Of a stretch of 62,231 nucleotides of DNA, positions 28,659 through 38,153 are shown piece by piece. Origin of the DNA: Actinomycetes bacterium. GTDB lineage: Bacteria > Actinomycetota > Acidimicrobiia > IMCC26256 > PALSA-610. How positions within the stretch are numbered: position 1 is the first letter of the stretch; each line of letters starts with the position of its first letter. The notes beneath the pieces were generated by a model. That model saw nothing but the letters and a program-made list of their open reading frames with translations. It had not been told where the DNA came from and did no database searches. A program made the position numbers and the translations under genes. The stretch lies in NCBI GenBank assembly GCA_031404355.1, contig JANNHK010000252.1:1-62231 (forward strand), read 5' to 3'.

Positions 28659-29111
28659 ATGGACGATCCCGACGGGTGGCGTTGGATCTGGCTGGGCGCC
28701 GCGGCGTTTCTCGCTGTCGGCGAGTTGGTGACTCCGGGCGCCTTCTTCATGCTCTCGTTCGCGATCGGCGCCGCGGTTGCATGCGTGCTTGCGTTCCTGG
28801 GCGTCGACGTCGCCTGGGAATGGGTCGCATTCATTTTGACCAGCGTGCTGTCGTTGCTCATCCTCGTGCCGGTCGGCCGGCGGATGAGCGGCGGCGAGCA
28901 GGGTCCGGTCGGCGCGACCCGATGGGCGGGCCAGCGCGGCGTCGTACTCGGCACGATTCCGGGCGCGCCCCACGAGACCGGGTTGGTCCGCGTGGAACGT
29001 GAGGAATGGCGGGCCGAGAGCGCCGACGGCAGCGAGATCGTCGCGGGCACGACAGTCGACGTCCTGCGCGTCGACGGAACCCGCCTCATCGTGAAACCAC
29101 ACGAGGAGTAG
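28659..29111 (+). CDS. NfeD-family membrane protein
   Basis: The ATG at 28659 gives [22 protein letters not shown].... Three TM helices are followed by a C-terminal OB-like domain ([14 protein letters not shown]...[11 protein letters not shown]). It lies immediately upstream of an SPFH gene, the classic NfeD-SPFH pairing. Confidence 0.8.
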   Translation: MDDPDGWRWIWLGAAAFLAVGELVTPGAFFMLSFAIGAAVACVLAFLGVDVAWEWVAFILTSVLSLLILVPVGRRMSGGEQGPVGATRWAGQRGVVLGTIPGAPHETGLVRVEREEWRAESADGSEIVAGTTVDVLRVDGTRLIVKPHEE

Positions 29112-29115
29112 CCGT

Positions 29116-30116
29116 ATGGAAGCCGCAGTCGGAGTCCTCATCGTCTTCGCCCTCGTCCTGTTCGTCATCGTTGCCAAGAGCATTCGCATCGTGCGGCCGT
29201 ACCAGCGCGGGCTCGTCGAACGGCTCGGGAAGTACCACGCCACCGTCGACCCCGGACTGCGGCTGATCTTCCCGTTCGTCGACCGGATTCTGCTCATCGA
29301 CATGCGCGAGCAGGTCGTCGACGTCCCGCCGCAAGAGGTCATCACCTCCGACAATGTCGTCGTCTCGGTCGACGCCGTCATCTACTACGAGGCCACCGAC
29401 CCGCAACGGCTCGCGTACAACATCTCCAACTTCCAACTCGCCATCACCAAACTCGCGCAGACCAACCTGCGCAACGTGGTCGGCGATATCCAACTCGACG
29501 ACGCGCTCACGTCGCGCGACACGATCAACGCCAAGCTGCGCGAGATCCTCGACGACGCGACCGACAAGTGGGGCACGCGCGTCGTGCGGGTCGAGATCCA
29601 GCGCATCGATCCCCCGCCGGACATCGTCCACTCGATGCACCAGCAGATGCAGCCGAGCGCACCCGGCGCGCAGTCGTCACCGAAGCCCAAGGTGTGCGCG
29701 AGGCCGCGATCACCCGCGCCGAGGGCGACAAGCAGGCGGCCATTCTCGAAGCCGAGGGCATCAGCCAGAAGCAGATTCTCGAAGCCGAAGGCCAGGGCCG
29801 GGCGATCGAGCGCATCGCCCAGGCCGAGCGGACCCGTCAGATCGCCGTGGCCGAAGGTGAGGCGCAGGCGATCCGCAACGTCTACGACGCGATCCACGAC
29901 GGGAACCCGTCGCCCGATTTGATCGCGATCAAGTACCTCGAAGCGCTGCGCGCGGTCGCAGACGGCCGGGCCACGAAGATCTTCCTGCCGGCCGAGATGG
30001 GCGGGCTGTTCGGCACGGTCGGCGGTCTCGTCGAACTGCTCAACCAGCCGCGCCCCGAGGGCGAAATCGAACCGCCAGTCGCGCCGACCGCCCCGGCTCC
30101 GGTGGTACCCGCTTAG
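29116..30116 (+). pseudogene. SPFH / band-7 (stomatin-like) gene with a 1-nt deletion frameshift (or an assembly error)
   Basis: The frame of 29116 reads through ...[22 protein letters not shown] and then becomes Arg/Pro-rich nonsense. The conserved continuation [36 protein letters not shown]...KYLEAL is in the 29568..30116 frame. The switch is at 29652/29653, where a single G sits where cag+gcc needs two. The span is 1001 nt, i.e. 3n+2. Confidence 0.8.
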
Positions 30117-31207
30117 CCGGCGCCGCCGACGCTGGCCTGCTCCATCGTGTGCTGCTCGATCATGAGCCGCAGGTCGTGGGGGCTGGTCGACGTGGCGAGG
30201 GCTTCGCGCAACTCGATGGTGCCGTTCTTGTACAACTCGAGCAGGCTCTGGTCGAACGTCTGCATGCCGTAGTACTCGCCCTCGCGGATGATCGCCTCGA
30301 TCTCGTGGGTCTCTTCGGCGTTGACGATGCGGTCGAACACGCGGCCCGTGGAGACCAGCACTTCGACCGCGGGCACCCGTCCACCGCCGCGCTTTTCGAC
30401 GAGCCTCTGGCTCACGATGCCCCGCAACGACGCGGCCAGTGACATACGGGTCTGGCGCTGCTCATGCGGCGGGAAGAAGTCGATGATCCGGTTGATCGAG
30501 TCGGTGGCGCTGATCGTGTGCAGCGTCGAGAACACGAGGTGACCCGTTTCCGCCGCCGCGAGCGCCGTGCGCACGGTGTCGGGGTCGCGCATTTCACCGA
30601 CGAGGATCACGTCGGGGTCCTGGCGCAAGACCCGCTTCAACGCTGCGTAGAAGTCCTGCGTGTCGGTCCCGACTTCGCGTTGGTTCACGATCGAGTTCTT
30701 GTCGGAGTGCAGTACTTCGATCGGATCTTCGATCGTCACGATGTGCCGGCTCATCGCCTCGTTGATGTAGTCGATCATCGACGCGAGGGTCGTCGTCTTG
30801 CCCGAACCGGTCGGGCCGGTGACGAGCACGAGACCGCGCGGGTTCTCGGCGAGGCGCTGCACGACGGGCGGGAGGCCCAACTCCTCGAACGACGGGATGT
30901 CGCTCTGCACGCGGCGCAGGACGAGGCCGACCGAGCCGCGCTGGCGCAACACGTTCACGCGGAAGCGGCCGAGGCCCGAGACGGAGTACGCGAAGTCGGC
31001 TTCGCTCGAACCGATGAATTCCTCGGCGCGCTGCTTCGGCATGATCGCGAAGGCGATGCGCTCGGTCTCGACGGGCGAGACACTCGAGTGGCTCGTGCGT
31101 TCCAGCCGGCCGTCGATCCGGATGAACGGGGGTGAGCCCACCTTGATGTGGACGTCAGAGGCTCCGCGCTCGACAGCGAATCGAAGCAGTTGATCCAGAT
31201 CCAACAC
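30113..31207 (-). CDS. pilT: PilT-family type IV pilus retraction (twitching motility) ATPase
   Basis: 364 aa. Motifs: SDVHIKVGSPPFIRIDG, Walker A GPTGSGKTTT, Walker B ILVGEMRD, His box FSTLHT, and a C-terminal IIREGEYYGMQTFDQSL. Confidence 0.88.
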   Translation of the reverse strand: MLDLDQLLRFAVERGASDVHIKVGSPPFIRIDGRLERTSHSSVSPVETERIAFAIMPKQRAEEFIGSSEADFAYSVSGLGRFRVNVLRQRGSVGLVLRRVQSDIPSFEELGLPPVVQRLAENPRGLVLVTGPTGSGKTTTLASMIDYINEAMSRHIVTIEDPIEVLHSDKNSIVNQREVGTDTQDFYAALKRVLRQDPDVILVGEMRDPDTVRTALAAAETGHLVFSTLHTISATDSINRIIDFFPPHEQRQTRMSLAASLRGIVSQRLVEKRGGGRVPAVEVLVSTGRVFDRIVNAEETHEIEAIIREGEYYGMQTFDQSLLELYKNGTIELREALATSTSPHDLRLMIEQHTMEQASVGGAG

Positions 31208-31294
31208 CGGCGAGTACCTCCCTTACCGCCTGTCTTGATCGGCACGGGCGCGCTGGGTCCTGAGCCGAAACCCGGCGGGACCATTACCGGATTC

Positions 31295-32305
31295 TCAGGA
31301 ACTGGCAGCGTCTGGGTGAAGATCGCGGGCGGCTAGGACGATGTGACCACCCGGTCCGTGGGCCGTAGAGGGTTCCGGGCGCCGAGGATCGCCCAGGAGG
31401 GTCGAAACCGTCGCGGCCACGGAATCGCGCAGGGCGTCGAGGTCGTAGCCGCCTTCGAGGAAACACACGGTCCGCCGGCGCGGCCCGAGCTCCATGACGG
31501 CCCGGGTCAGGTCCGCGTAATCGCCCGCCGAGAGCCCAAGGCCGGTCAGCGGGTCGGCACGGTGGGCGTCGTACCCGGCCGAGACGAGCACCCAATCCGG
31601 ACGAAATGCCGCGGCGAGCGGCACGACGACGACGTCGATGGCGGCGCGGTACACGTCGCCGGTGGCGCCCGCGGGCAACGGGAAGTTCACCGTGGTGCCG
31701 GTGCCGGGCCCCGAACCCACCTCGTCGATGCGCCCGGTCCCGGGATACAGCGGTGACTCGTGCATCGACACGTACATCACGTCGGGGTCGGAGAAGAACA
31801 TGTCCTGCGTGCCGTTGCCGTGATGGGCATCCCAGTCGAGGATGAGCACTCGGTCGCCCCGTTCCCGCAGGTGGGAGGCGGTGACGGCCACGTTGTTGAT
31901 CAGGCAGAACCCCATCGCGCGCGCGGCCACGGCGTGGTGACCCGGCGGGCGCACGGCGCAGAAGGCGGCGTCACCGGTGCCGGCCTCGAGGGCCTCGACC
32001 GCGGCCAGCCCCGACCCGGCGCCCAGGAGGGCGGCGTCCCACGATGCGGGCGAGACGGACGTGTCGGGATCGAGGGGACCGCCACCGAGTTCGCAGAAGC
32101 GCTCGAGTCGGTCGAGGTACTCGCCCGCGTGCACCCGTTCGATCTCGGCCCGGGTCGCGCGCCGCGGTTCCAGGCGGTGCACCGCATCGGGGGGCAGGCC
32201 GGCATCGATTCCTTCGAGGACGGCCTGGAGCCGGGCCGGTCGTTCCGGGTGCCCGGGCCCCGGGTCGTGGGCCGAAAAGCGAGGATCCGCGGCCAACAGG
32301 AGCAC
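31295..32305 (-). CDS. histone-deacetylase-family (class II / AcuC-like) deacetylase
   Basis: 336 aa. RPPGHHA, DWDAHHGNGTQ and EGGY are the zinc and active-site motifs of the arginase/deacetylase fold. Confidence 0.88.
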   Translation of the reverse strand: MLLLAADPRFSAHDPGPGHPERPARLQAVLEGIDAGLPPDAVHRLEPRRATRAEIERVHAGEYLDRLERFCELGGGPLDPDTSVSPASWDAALLGAGSGLAAVEALEAGTGDAAFCAVRPPGHHAVAARAMGFCLINNVAVTASHLRERGDRVLILDWDAHHGNGTQDMFFSDPDVMYVSMHESPLYPGTGRIDEVGSGPGTGTTVNFPLPAGATGDVYRAAIDVVVVPLAAAFRPDWVLVSAGYDAHRADPLTGLGLSAGDYADLTRAVMELGPRRRTVCFLEGGYDLDALRDSVAATVSTLLGDPRRPEPSTAHGPGGHIVLAARDLHPDAASS

Positions 32306-32362
32306 GAGAGAAGGCTACCCACGCCCCCTCGGACGTCGGTCGGGCCGCTAGGTTTTGAGCCA

Positions 32363-33049
32363 GTGAAGACGCAGTCGTACCGCGTGCGCGGCGGCGTCGT
32401 CCGGATCGCAGCGTGGCACGGACGCTCCGACATCGCTTCGCTCGCGTTGCGGGGTCGCGGACTGATCGCGCCCGCTGTCCTCGAGCGACTCCTCGACCGG
32501 ATGCGTGCTGACGGGTACCAAGAGGTAGTCACCAACGCGCTCGCGCCGGCCGCCAGCACGGCGTTCGTCGACGCCGGATTCGCGGTCAAGGGCCGGCTGC
32601 GGGTCCTCGTCCACGAACTCCGGGAACTGCCCCCGATGTCGAACCGCACCCGCCGCGCCCGGCGCGACGAACGCGACGCGATCCTCCAGGTCGACGCCGC
32701 CGCGTTCGACGAGTTCTGGCGCCTCGACGACCGAGCGTTTCGCGACGCGGCGCGCGCGACGCCCAGCTCGCACACGCGCGTGAGCAAGGACGGCCTCGAC
32801 GGCTTCATCCTCGTCGGGCGGGCGGCAACCGACGGCTACGTGCAACGGCTCGCGGTGCGACCTGACGCACAGCGCGCCGGACTCGGGCGAACACTGCTGA
32901 ACGACGGCTTGAACTGGCTGCGCGCTCACGGCGCCCGCCGCGCGTACGTCAACACGCAGGACGAGAACGACCGCGCCCGGGCGCTGTACGAGACGGCCGG
33001 GTTCACACCACTTCCCGTCGGCCTGTGCGTCCTCGGACGGACCCTGTGA
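32363..33049 (+). CDS. GNAT-family N-acetyltransferase
   Basis: This is the last 228 codons of ORF 31760..33049, starting at the in-frame GTG at 32363. The acetyl-CoA motif A is QRLAVRPDAQRAGLGRTLL. The upstream part of the ORF is antisense to the deacetylase gene. Confidence 0.75.
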   Translation: MKTQSYRVRGGVVRIAAWHGRSDIASLALRGRGLIAPAVLERLLDRMRADGYQEVVTNALAPAASTAFVDAGFAVKGRLRVLVHELRELPPMSNRTRRARRDERDAILQVDAAAFDEFWRLDDRAFRDAARATPSSHTRVSKDGLDGFILVGRAATDGYVQRLAVRPDAQRAGLGRTLLNDGLNWLRAHGARRAYVNTQDENDRARALYETAGFTPLPVGLCVLGRTL

Positions 33050-35016
33050 GGAACACCGTGCGCGTCGTCCTCGCGGCCGCGCTCGCCGCGCTCGCGCTGG
33101 CGACGGTTGCGCCGCAGCCGGCATCGGCCGCCGACCCCCGGCTCGCACTCGTGTCGCAACCGGCGTACGTCAGTGCGGGCGGGTCGGTCACGATGCTCCT
33201 CGACATCCCGGCCGACCAGTTGCCGGTGGGCGAGGAGGTCGTGGTGCGCTTACGCCTCTACAGCCGGGTGACGACGACCGAGGCGTTCGAGCGTTCGATC
33301 TCGGGTGAGCGGCTCTCAGGCCGCCTCACAACCCGCCGCCTGCCCCTCGCCACATTGCCGCGCGACGTCACCGGGTCGGTCTCGGTGACGTTCGGTGTCG
33401 GTGACTCGCCGGTCGAGCCCACCGTCGCCGCGTCGCGGCCCGGCGTCTACCCGCTCGAAGTCGCGCTCGAGAGTGGCGACACGCTGACGTCGTTTGTCAC
33501 GTGGCTCGTCGTCGCCGCCGACCCGGCCGCAGAAACCGTCGCCGCGCCGTTGCGCGTCGCGTGGACGTGGTCGACGGTGGCCGCGCCCGCGCGCGGTGTC
33601 GACGGCGCGGGCTACCCAGACGTCGCCCCCGAGTTCGCGACCGGCGGGCGCCTCGACGGCATCTCTTCGGTGCTGGCGTCGGCCGGAGCAATGCCCATGA
33701 GCCTCGCGGCCGGGCCGGAGACAATCGAAGCGTGGAGCGTGCTCGCCGAGACCGACCCGACGGTCGCGCCCGCGCTCGGCCGCGTCACCACGGCCGCGGC
33801 TCGACCGACGACACAAGTGCTCCCCACGCCTTACGCACCGATCGACTTGACCGCGCTCGAAGCCGCCGGCCTCGGCGACGAATTGCCCAATCAGATCGTC
33901 GTGGGTTCCGACACGCTCGAACAGAAGGCGGGCGTACGGCCCGAGCCGCGGACCGCGTTCGTCGACCCCGTCGACGGCCCGGTACTGGCGCGACTCCGAC
34001 GACTGCTCGTCGACCGCGTCGTCGTACGCGAAGACCAACTCACGCCTACCGAAACCCCCTCGCTGCAGACATTCGTGCTCAACGCGGGCGACGGCGAGAT
34101 CCGCGCCGCCGTGACCACGACGCTCGTCGAGAGCATGCTCGCAGGAAGTGATCCGCCCGCGTTGCGCGTCCAGCGAGCGTTGACGGCGCTTTCCGTCGTC
34201 GCGTTCGAAGACACCGACGCGGTGCGCGGCGTCGTCATCGCGCCCCCGGAGCAAGTTGAAGTGGACGTCTATTCGGCACTCGTGACCGCGATGCGATCGC
34301 ACCCACTGTTCGCACCGGTAACCCTCGACGACTTCTTCGATCAGGTCCCCAACGAGGCGGGCGACGACCGACCCGTCGCACGCGAGCTCACCGCGACCGA
34401 ACCGGGCGGCTTCCCGGTCACTGGCACCGACTACGTCGAGGCCAAGTCGGCACTCGCGTCGTTGGAGTCGAGCATCGACCCGACGAGCCCGGTGATCGCC
34501 GAGGGCGAGCGCGCGCTGCTCCTGGCCCTGAGCACGGCCCAGTCATCCGAGAGGGCGGCCGAACAGCTCGCCGTGATCGACGCGGGCGTACAGCAACTGA
34601 ACGCCGGCGTCACGACGACGCGCAAACGGGTGACGCTGACGTCGCGCAAGGCCGACGTACCGCTGAGCTTCCGGAACGACACGGGCCAGCCGGTGCGCGT
34701 GCGCGTACATCTCGACAGCACGAAGTTGCTGTTCCCCGACGGCGACGAGTTCGTCCTCGACCTCCCCGAAGGCAACAGCGTCGAGCGCTTCGCGGTCGAA
34801 GCCCGCACGTCGGGCACGTTCACGATGACCGTGACGCTGACGACCGAGGACGGGCTCCTGCCCATCGGCGCGCCGACGAGGGTCACCGTCCGGTCCGCCG
34901 TCTTCAGCGGGGTGGGCGCAGCCCTCACTGTCGGCGCGCTCCTCTTCCTGGCGCTCTGGTGGGGGAACCACTTCCGCCGGTCCCGACGGGCACGGGCCGC
35001 GATCGAGACCGTGTGA
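33046..35016 (+). CDS. DUF6049-like secreted protein with C-terminal TM anchor (mycobacterial Rv3909 position)
   Basis: It has a signal peptide (VRVVLAAALAALALATVAPQPASAAD) and a C-terminal TM helix (VGAALTVGALLFLALWW). The GTG at 33046 overlaps the GNAT stop (GTGA); starts at 33025 and 33058 are also possible. The assignment rests on position upstream of murJ and on architecture. Confidence 0.65.
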   Translation: MRNTVRVVLAAALAALALATVAPQPASAADPRLALVSQPAYVSAGGSVTMLLDIPADQLPVGEEVVVRLRLYSRVTTTEAFERSISGERLSGRLTTRRLPLATLPRDVTGSVSVTFGVGDSPVEPTVAASRPGVYPLEVALESGDTLTSFVTWLVVAADPAAETVAAPLRVAWTWSTVAAPARGVDGAGYPDVAPEFATGGRLDGISSVLASAGAMPMSLAAGPETIEAWSVLAETDPTVAPALGRVTTAAARPTTQVLPTPYAPIDLTALEAAGLGDELPNQIVVGSDTLEQKAGVRPEPRTAFVDPVDGPVLARLRRLLVDRVVVREDQLTPTETPSLQTFVLNAGDGEIRAAVTTTLVESMLAGSDPPALRVQRALTALSVVAFEDTDAVRGVVIAPPEQVEVDVYSALVTAMRSHPLFAPVTLDDFFDQVPNEAGDDRPVARELTATEPGGFPVTGTDYVEAKSALASLESSIDPTSPVIAEGERALLLALSTAQSSERAAEQLAVIDAGVQQLNAGVTTTRKRVTLTSRKADVPLSFRNDTGQPVRVRVHLDSTKLLFPDGDEFVLDLPEGNSVERFAVEARTSGTFTMTVTLTTEDGLLPIGAPTRVTVRSAVFSGVGAALTVGALLFLALWWGNHFRRSRRARAAIETV

Positions 35017-36644
35017 GCTCACCTCAACTCGACTCGGACGCCGGGCGGCTGGTCCGGGCGAGTGCGACCGTTGCGGTCGGAACACTGCTGTCGCGCCTCA
35101 CCGGGCTCGCGCGCGTCTTCGTGCTCGCGTACGCAGTCGGGCAGGCGACGCTCGCCGACACGTACAACCTCGCCAACACGACACCCAACATCGTGTACGA
35201 GTTGTTCCTCGGTGGCGTGCTCACTGCGACATTAGTGCCGTTGTTCGTCGAACACCTCGAGCGGCGCGACACGCGTGCGACTTCGGCCGTGTTCACCACC
35301 ACGACCTGTGCACTCGTCGGTCTGACCGTCGTCGCGATCCTGGCCGCGCCCGCCATCGCCCGCCTCTACACACTCGACGTTTCCGGAGCGCAGCGCGCGG
35401 ACCAGATCGAGGTCATGACATTCCTGATCCGCTGCTTCATGCCGCAGATCTGCTTCTACGGCATCGCCGCGCTCGCAACCGCCATGCTCAACGCCCGTCG
35501 GCGCTTCGTTGCCGCCGCGTACGCGCCCGTCCTGAACAACGTCGTCGTCGTGTGCGTACTGCTCGCCTTCACCCGGGCCGCCACCGGGCCGCAGCGCGGC
35601 TGGACCAACGTCGACCGCATCCAGGGCGACACCGGCCTGCTCGTGCTGCTCGGCATAGGAACGACCGCAGGCGTCGCCGCGATGGCACTGGCACTCCTGC
35701 CCGCGCTGTACAACGCGGGAGAACGCCTGAAGCCGGTGTTCGAGTGGCGCCACGAGTCGGTGCGGCGCATGCTGCGCCTGTCGAAGTGGACCGTTGGCTA
35801 TGTGATCGCCAACCAGGTCGCGCTGCTCGTCGTGTTGTTGCTCGCGAAGTCCGGCGACGCCGGTTCGGTCTCGGCGTACCAGTACGCGTTCATCTTCTTC
35901 CAGCTTCCGCACGGGTTGCTGGCGGTATCGATCATGACCACGATCACGCCGGAACTCGCGCGCGACGCAACCGCGGGCGACGACGTGGGGCTCCGGCGCG
36001 ACTTCTCGCTCGGACTGCGATATCTCATCGTGGTGGTCGTGCCCGCCGCCGTCGCGGTGATCGCGCTCGCGCAGCCCGCGGTGGCGATTCTCGTCCGCCC
36101 CGGCGGCGGCTTCACTGCTTCGGACGCCGCGCTCACCGCCGACGTGTTGCAACTCCTCGCGATCGGACTCGTACCGTTCTCCGTATACCTCTACACACTG
36201 CGCGGCTTCTACGCCCGCCAGGACACCCGCACGCCGTTCTTGATCAACGTGGTCGAGAACACCGCCAACATCGTGCTCGCGCTCGCGCTCTTCGGCGCCC
36301 TCGGAGTGCAGGGCCTCGCGCTCGCGTACGCCGCGGCGTACCTGCTCGCGGCCGCCATCGCGTTGATCGTGCTACGCCGCCAGGTCGGCGACATCTTCGC
36401 ACCACCGTTGGGGGCGACGCTCGCGAAGGCCGCTGTCGGCGCCGTCGCGCTCGCCGCGGTTGCGGTACCCATCGCGGGCGCGATCGGCGACGACACGGCC
36501 GGCCGTGCACTGGCTGCCGTACTGCTTGCAGGTGTCGCGGGCGCTGCCGTGTACCTGGGCGCGCTGACGGTGATGCGCACGCACGAAGTCGCGGCCCTCG
36601 TCCGGCTGCTGCGCGACCGGGGCATGTCTCGCCCAGACGTGTAA
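35013..36644 (+). CDS. murJ: lipid II flippase MurJ (MviN)
   Basis: The GTG at 35013 overlaps the upstream stop (GTGA). Motifs: TLLSRLTGLARVFVLAYAVG, LADTYNLANTTPNIVYELFLGGVL. It has about 14 TM helices and lacks the C-terminal pseudokinase extension. Confidence 0.88.
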   Translation: MSSPQLDSDAGRLVRASATVAVGTLLSRLTGLARVFVLAYAVGQATLADTYNLANTTPNIVYELFLGGVLTATLVPLFVEHLERRDTRATSAVFTTTTCALVGLTVVAILAAPAIARLYTLDVSGAQRADQIEVMTFLIRCFMPQICFYGIAALATAMLNARRRFVAAAYAPVLNNVVVVCVLLAFTRAATGPQRGWTNVDRIQGDTGLLVLLGIGTTAGVAAMALALLPALYNAGERLKPVFEWRHESVRRMLRLSKWTVGYVIANQVALLVVLLLAKSGDAGSVSAYQYAFIFFQLPHGLLAVSIMTTITPELARDATAGDDVGLRRDFSLGLRYLIVVVVPAAVAVIALAQPAVAILVRPGGGFTASDAALTADVLQLLAIGLVPFSVYLYTLRGFYARQDTRTPFLINVVENTANIVLALALFGALGVQGLALAYAAAYLLAAAIALIVLRRQVGDIFAPPLGATLAKAAVGAVALAAVAVPIAGAIGDDTAGRALAAVLLAGVAGAAVYLGALTVMRTHEVAALVRLLRDRGMSRPDV

Positions 36645-36695
36645 CGATGGGCTTGGAGCGGAGTCCAACACCCGCCGCCCCCCAGGAGGGAATCA

Positions 36696-37529
36696 ATGGC
36701 AATCCGTGTCGTCACCGACAGCGCATGTGACCTGCCGCAGCCCGTCTGCGACGAGTTGGAGATCGAGATCGTCTCGCTGACGATCCGCTTCGGTGAAGAG
36801 GAGTACGTCGACCGGGTCACCCTGAGCACCGAAGACTTCTGGACCAAGCTCGCGACGGCGACCGCGCTACCCGAGACGTCGGCCCCCTCGGTCGGGGCGT
36901 TCGAGGAGGTGTTCCGCCGCCTCGCCGACGGCGGTGCCGACGGCATCGTGTGCGTGAACCTCTCGTCGAGGATGTCGGCCACCATCCAGTCGGCGCAGGT
37001 CGCGGCCAAAGCCATCGACGGCGTATGCCCGATCGCGATCATCGACTCCAAGAACGCGTCGATGGGCATCGGCAACCTCGCGATGCACGCGGCCCGGCGC
37101 GCCAACGACGGCGCCGACCTCGCCACGATCGTCGCCGAACTCGAGTCGCGGCGCGACCGCCAGCACGTGTTCGCGACCCTCGACACGCTCGAATATCTGC
37201 GCAAGGGCGGCCGGATCGGCGGTGCGCAGGCCATGCTCGGTTCGGTGCTGTCGATCAAACCCGTGATCGAGGTGATCGACGGCATGGTCGAGCAGGGGGC
37301 CAAGGTCCGCACTCGGTCGAAGGCCTTGAAATTTCTCGCCGAGAAGGTCCCGGCCCGGAGCGAGATGCTCAGCGTGTTGCACTCGGGAGCGCCTGACCTC
37401 GACGAGTTCATGGCGATGATCGAACCCGCGACCCGAGACACCGAGGTCGTCGTGGGGCTCATCGGCCCGGTCGTCGGCGTCCATCTCGGCCCCCGCGTGA
37501 TCGGCGTGGGCTGGATCGACAGCGCCTGA
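36696..37529 (+). CDS. DegV-family fatty-acid-binding protein
   Basis: 277 aa. MAIRVVTDSACDLP, the LSSRMSATIQSA context and LEYLRKGGRIG are present. Confidence 0.88.
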   Translation: MAIRVVTDSACDLPQPVCDELEIEIVSLTIRFGEEEYVDRVTLSTEDFWTKLATATALPETSAPSVGAFEEVFRRLADGGADGIVCVNLSSRMSATIQSAQVAAKAIDGVCPIAIIDSKNASMGIGNLAMHAARRANDGADLATIVAELESRRDRQHVFATLDTLEYLRKGGRIGGAQAMLGSVLSIKPVIEVIDGMVEQGAKVRTRSKALKFLAEKVPARSEMLSVLHSGAPDLDEFMAMIEPATRDTEVVVGLIGPVVGVHLGPRVIGVGWIDSA

Positions 37530-37568
37530 ACCGCCTGAACCGCCGGGAGCCGCTGACGCCGATAGCGT

Positions 37569-38153
37569 TTGCGTGCAGTGGGCGTACGCGACGAGCGGCC
37601 TGATTCCGAACTTGCCGCGGCGGCCGCGGCGGGCGATCGGCGCGCGCTGGAGGCACTGCTCTACCGTCACACCGATCGGATCCACGCGATCTGTCGCCGC
37701 ATTCTCGCCAACGATCACGACGCGCTCGACGCGACCCAGGAAGCACTCATTGCCGTCACGCGCGGCATCGCGAAGTTCGACGGCCGCGCCCAGTTCACGA
37801 CGTGGTGCTATCGCGTCGCCACGAACGCGGCCCTCGACGAAGCCCGCCGGCGATCACGGCGGCCGGTGACAATGGAGGAGATGCCCGAAGCCGCGCACGC
37901 GAGCGCCGGGCCCGACGACATCGTCGCGAGCCGCCTCGATGTCGATGCCGGACTCGCGCGCCTCTCGCCCGACTACCGCGCCGCGGTCGCGCTGCGCGAC
38001 CTCGCCGACCTCGATTACGCCGAAATTGGGCAAATCCTTGGTATTCCGCCGGGAACGGTCCGATCGCGCATTGCGCGCGGCCGAGCCGCGCTCGCGGGAC
38101 TTATCGGGAACCAGGAAGGCACCCCCGAGCATCCAACCCAGAGCACACCATGA
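37569..38153 (+). CDS. ECF-type RNA polymerase sigma factor (SigM position)
   Basis: 194 aa. Region 2 is DALDATQEALIAVTRGIAKFDGRAQFTTWCYRVATNAALD. Region 4 is LRDLADLDYAEIGQILGIPPGTVRSRIARGR. Confidence 0.88.
   Translation: MRAVGVRDERPDSELAAAAAAGDRRALEALLYRHTDRIHAICRRILANDHDALDATQEALIAVTRGIAKFDGRAQFTTWCYRVATNAALDEARRRSRRPVTMEEMPEAAHASAGPDDIVASRLDVDAGLARLSPDYRAAVALRDLADLDYAEIGQILGIPPGTVRSRIARGRAALAGLIGNQEGTPEHPTQSTP

Noticed and set aside
31760-32362. A 200-codon N-terminal extension of the GNAT ORF (31760..33049).
   Set aside because: It is entirely antisense to the deacetylase gene, and the GNAT-like sequence starts only after the GTG at 32363.
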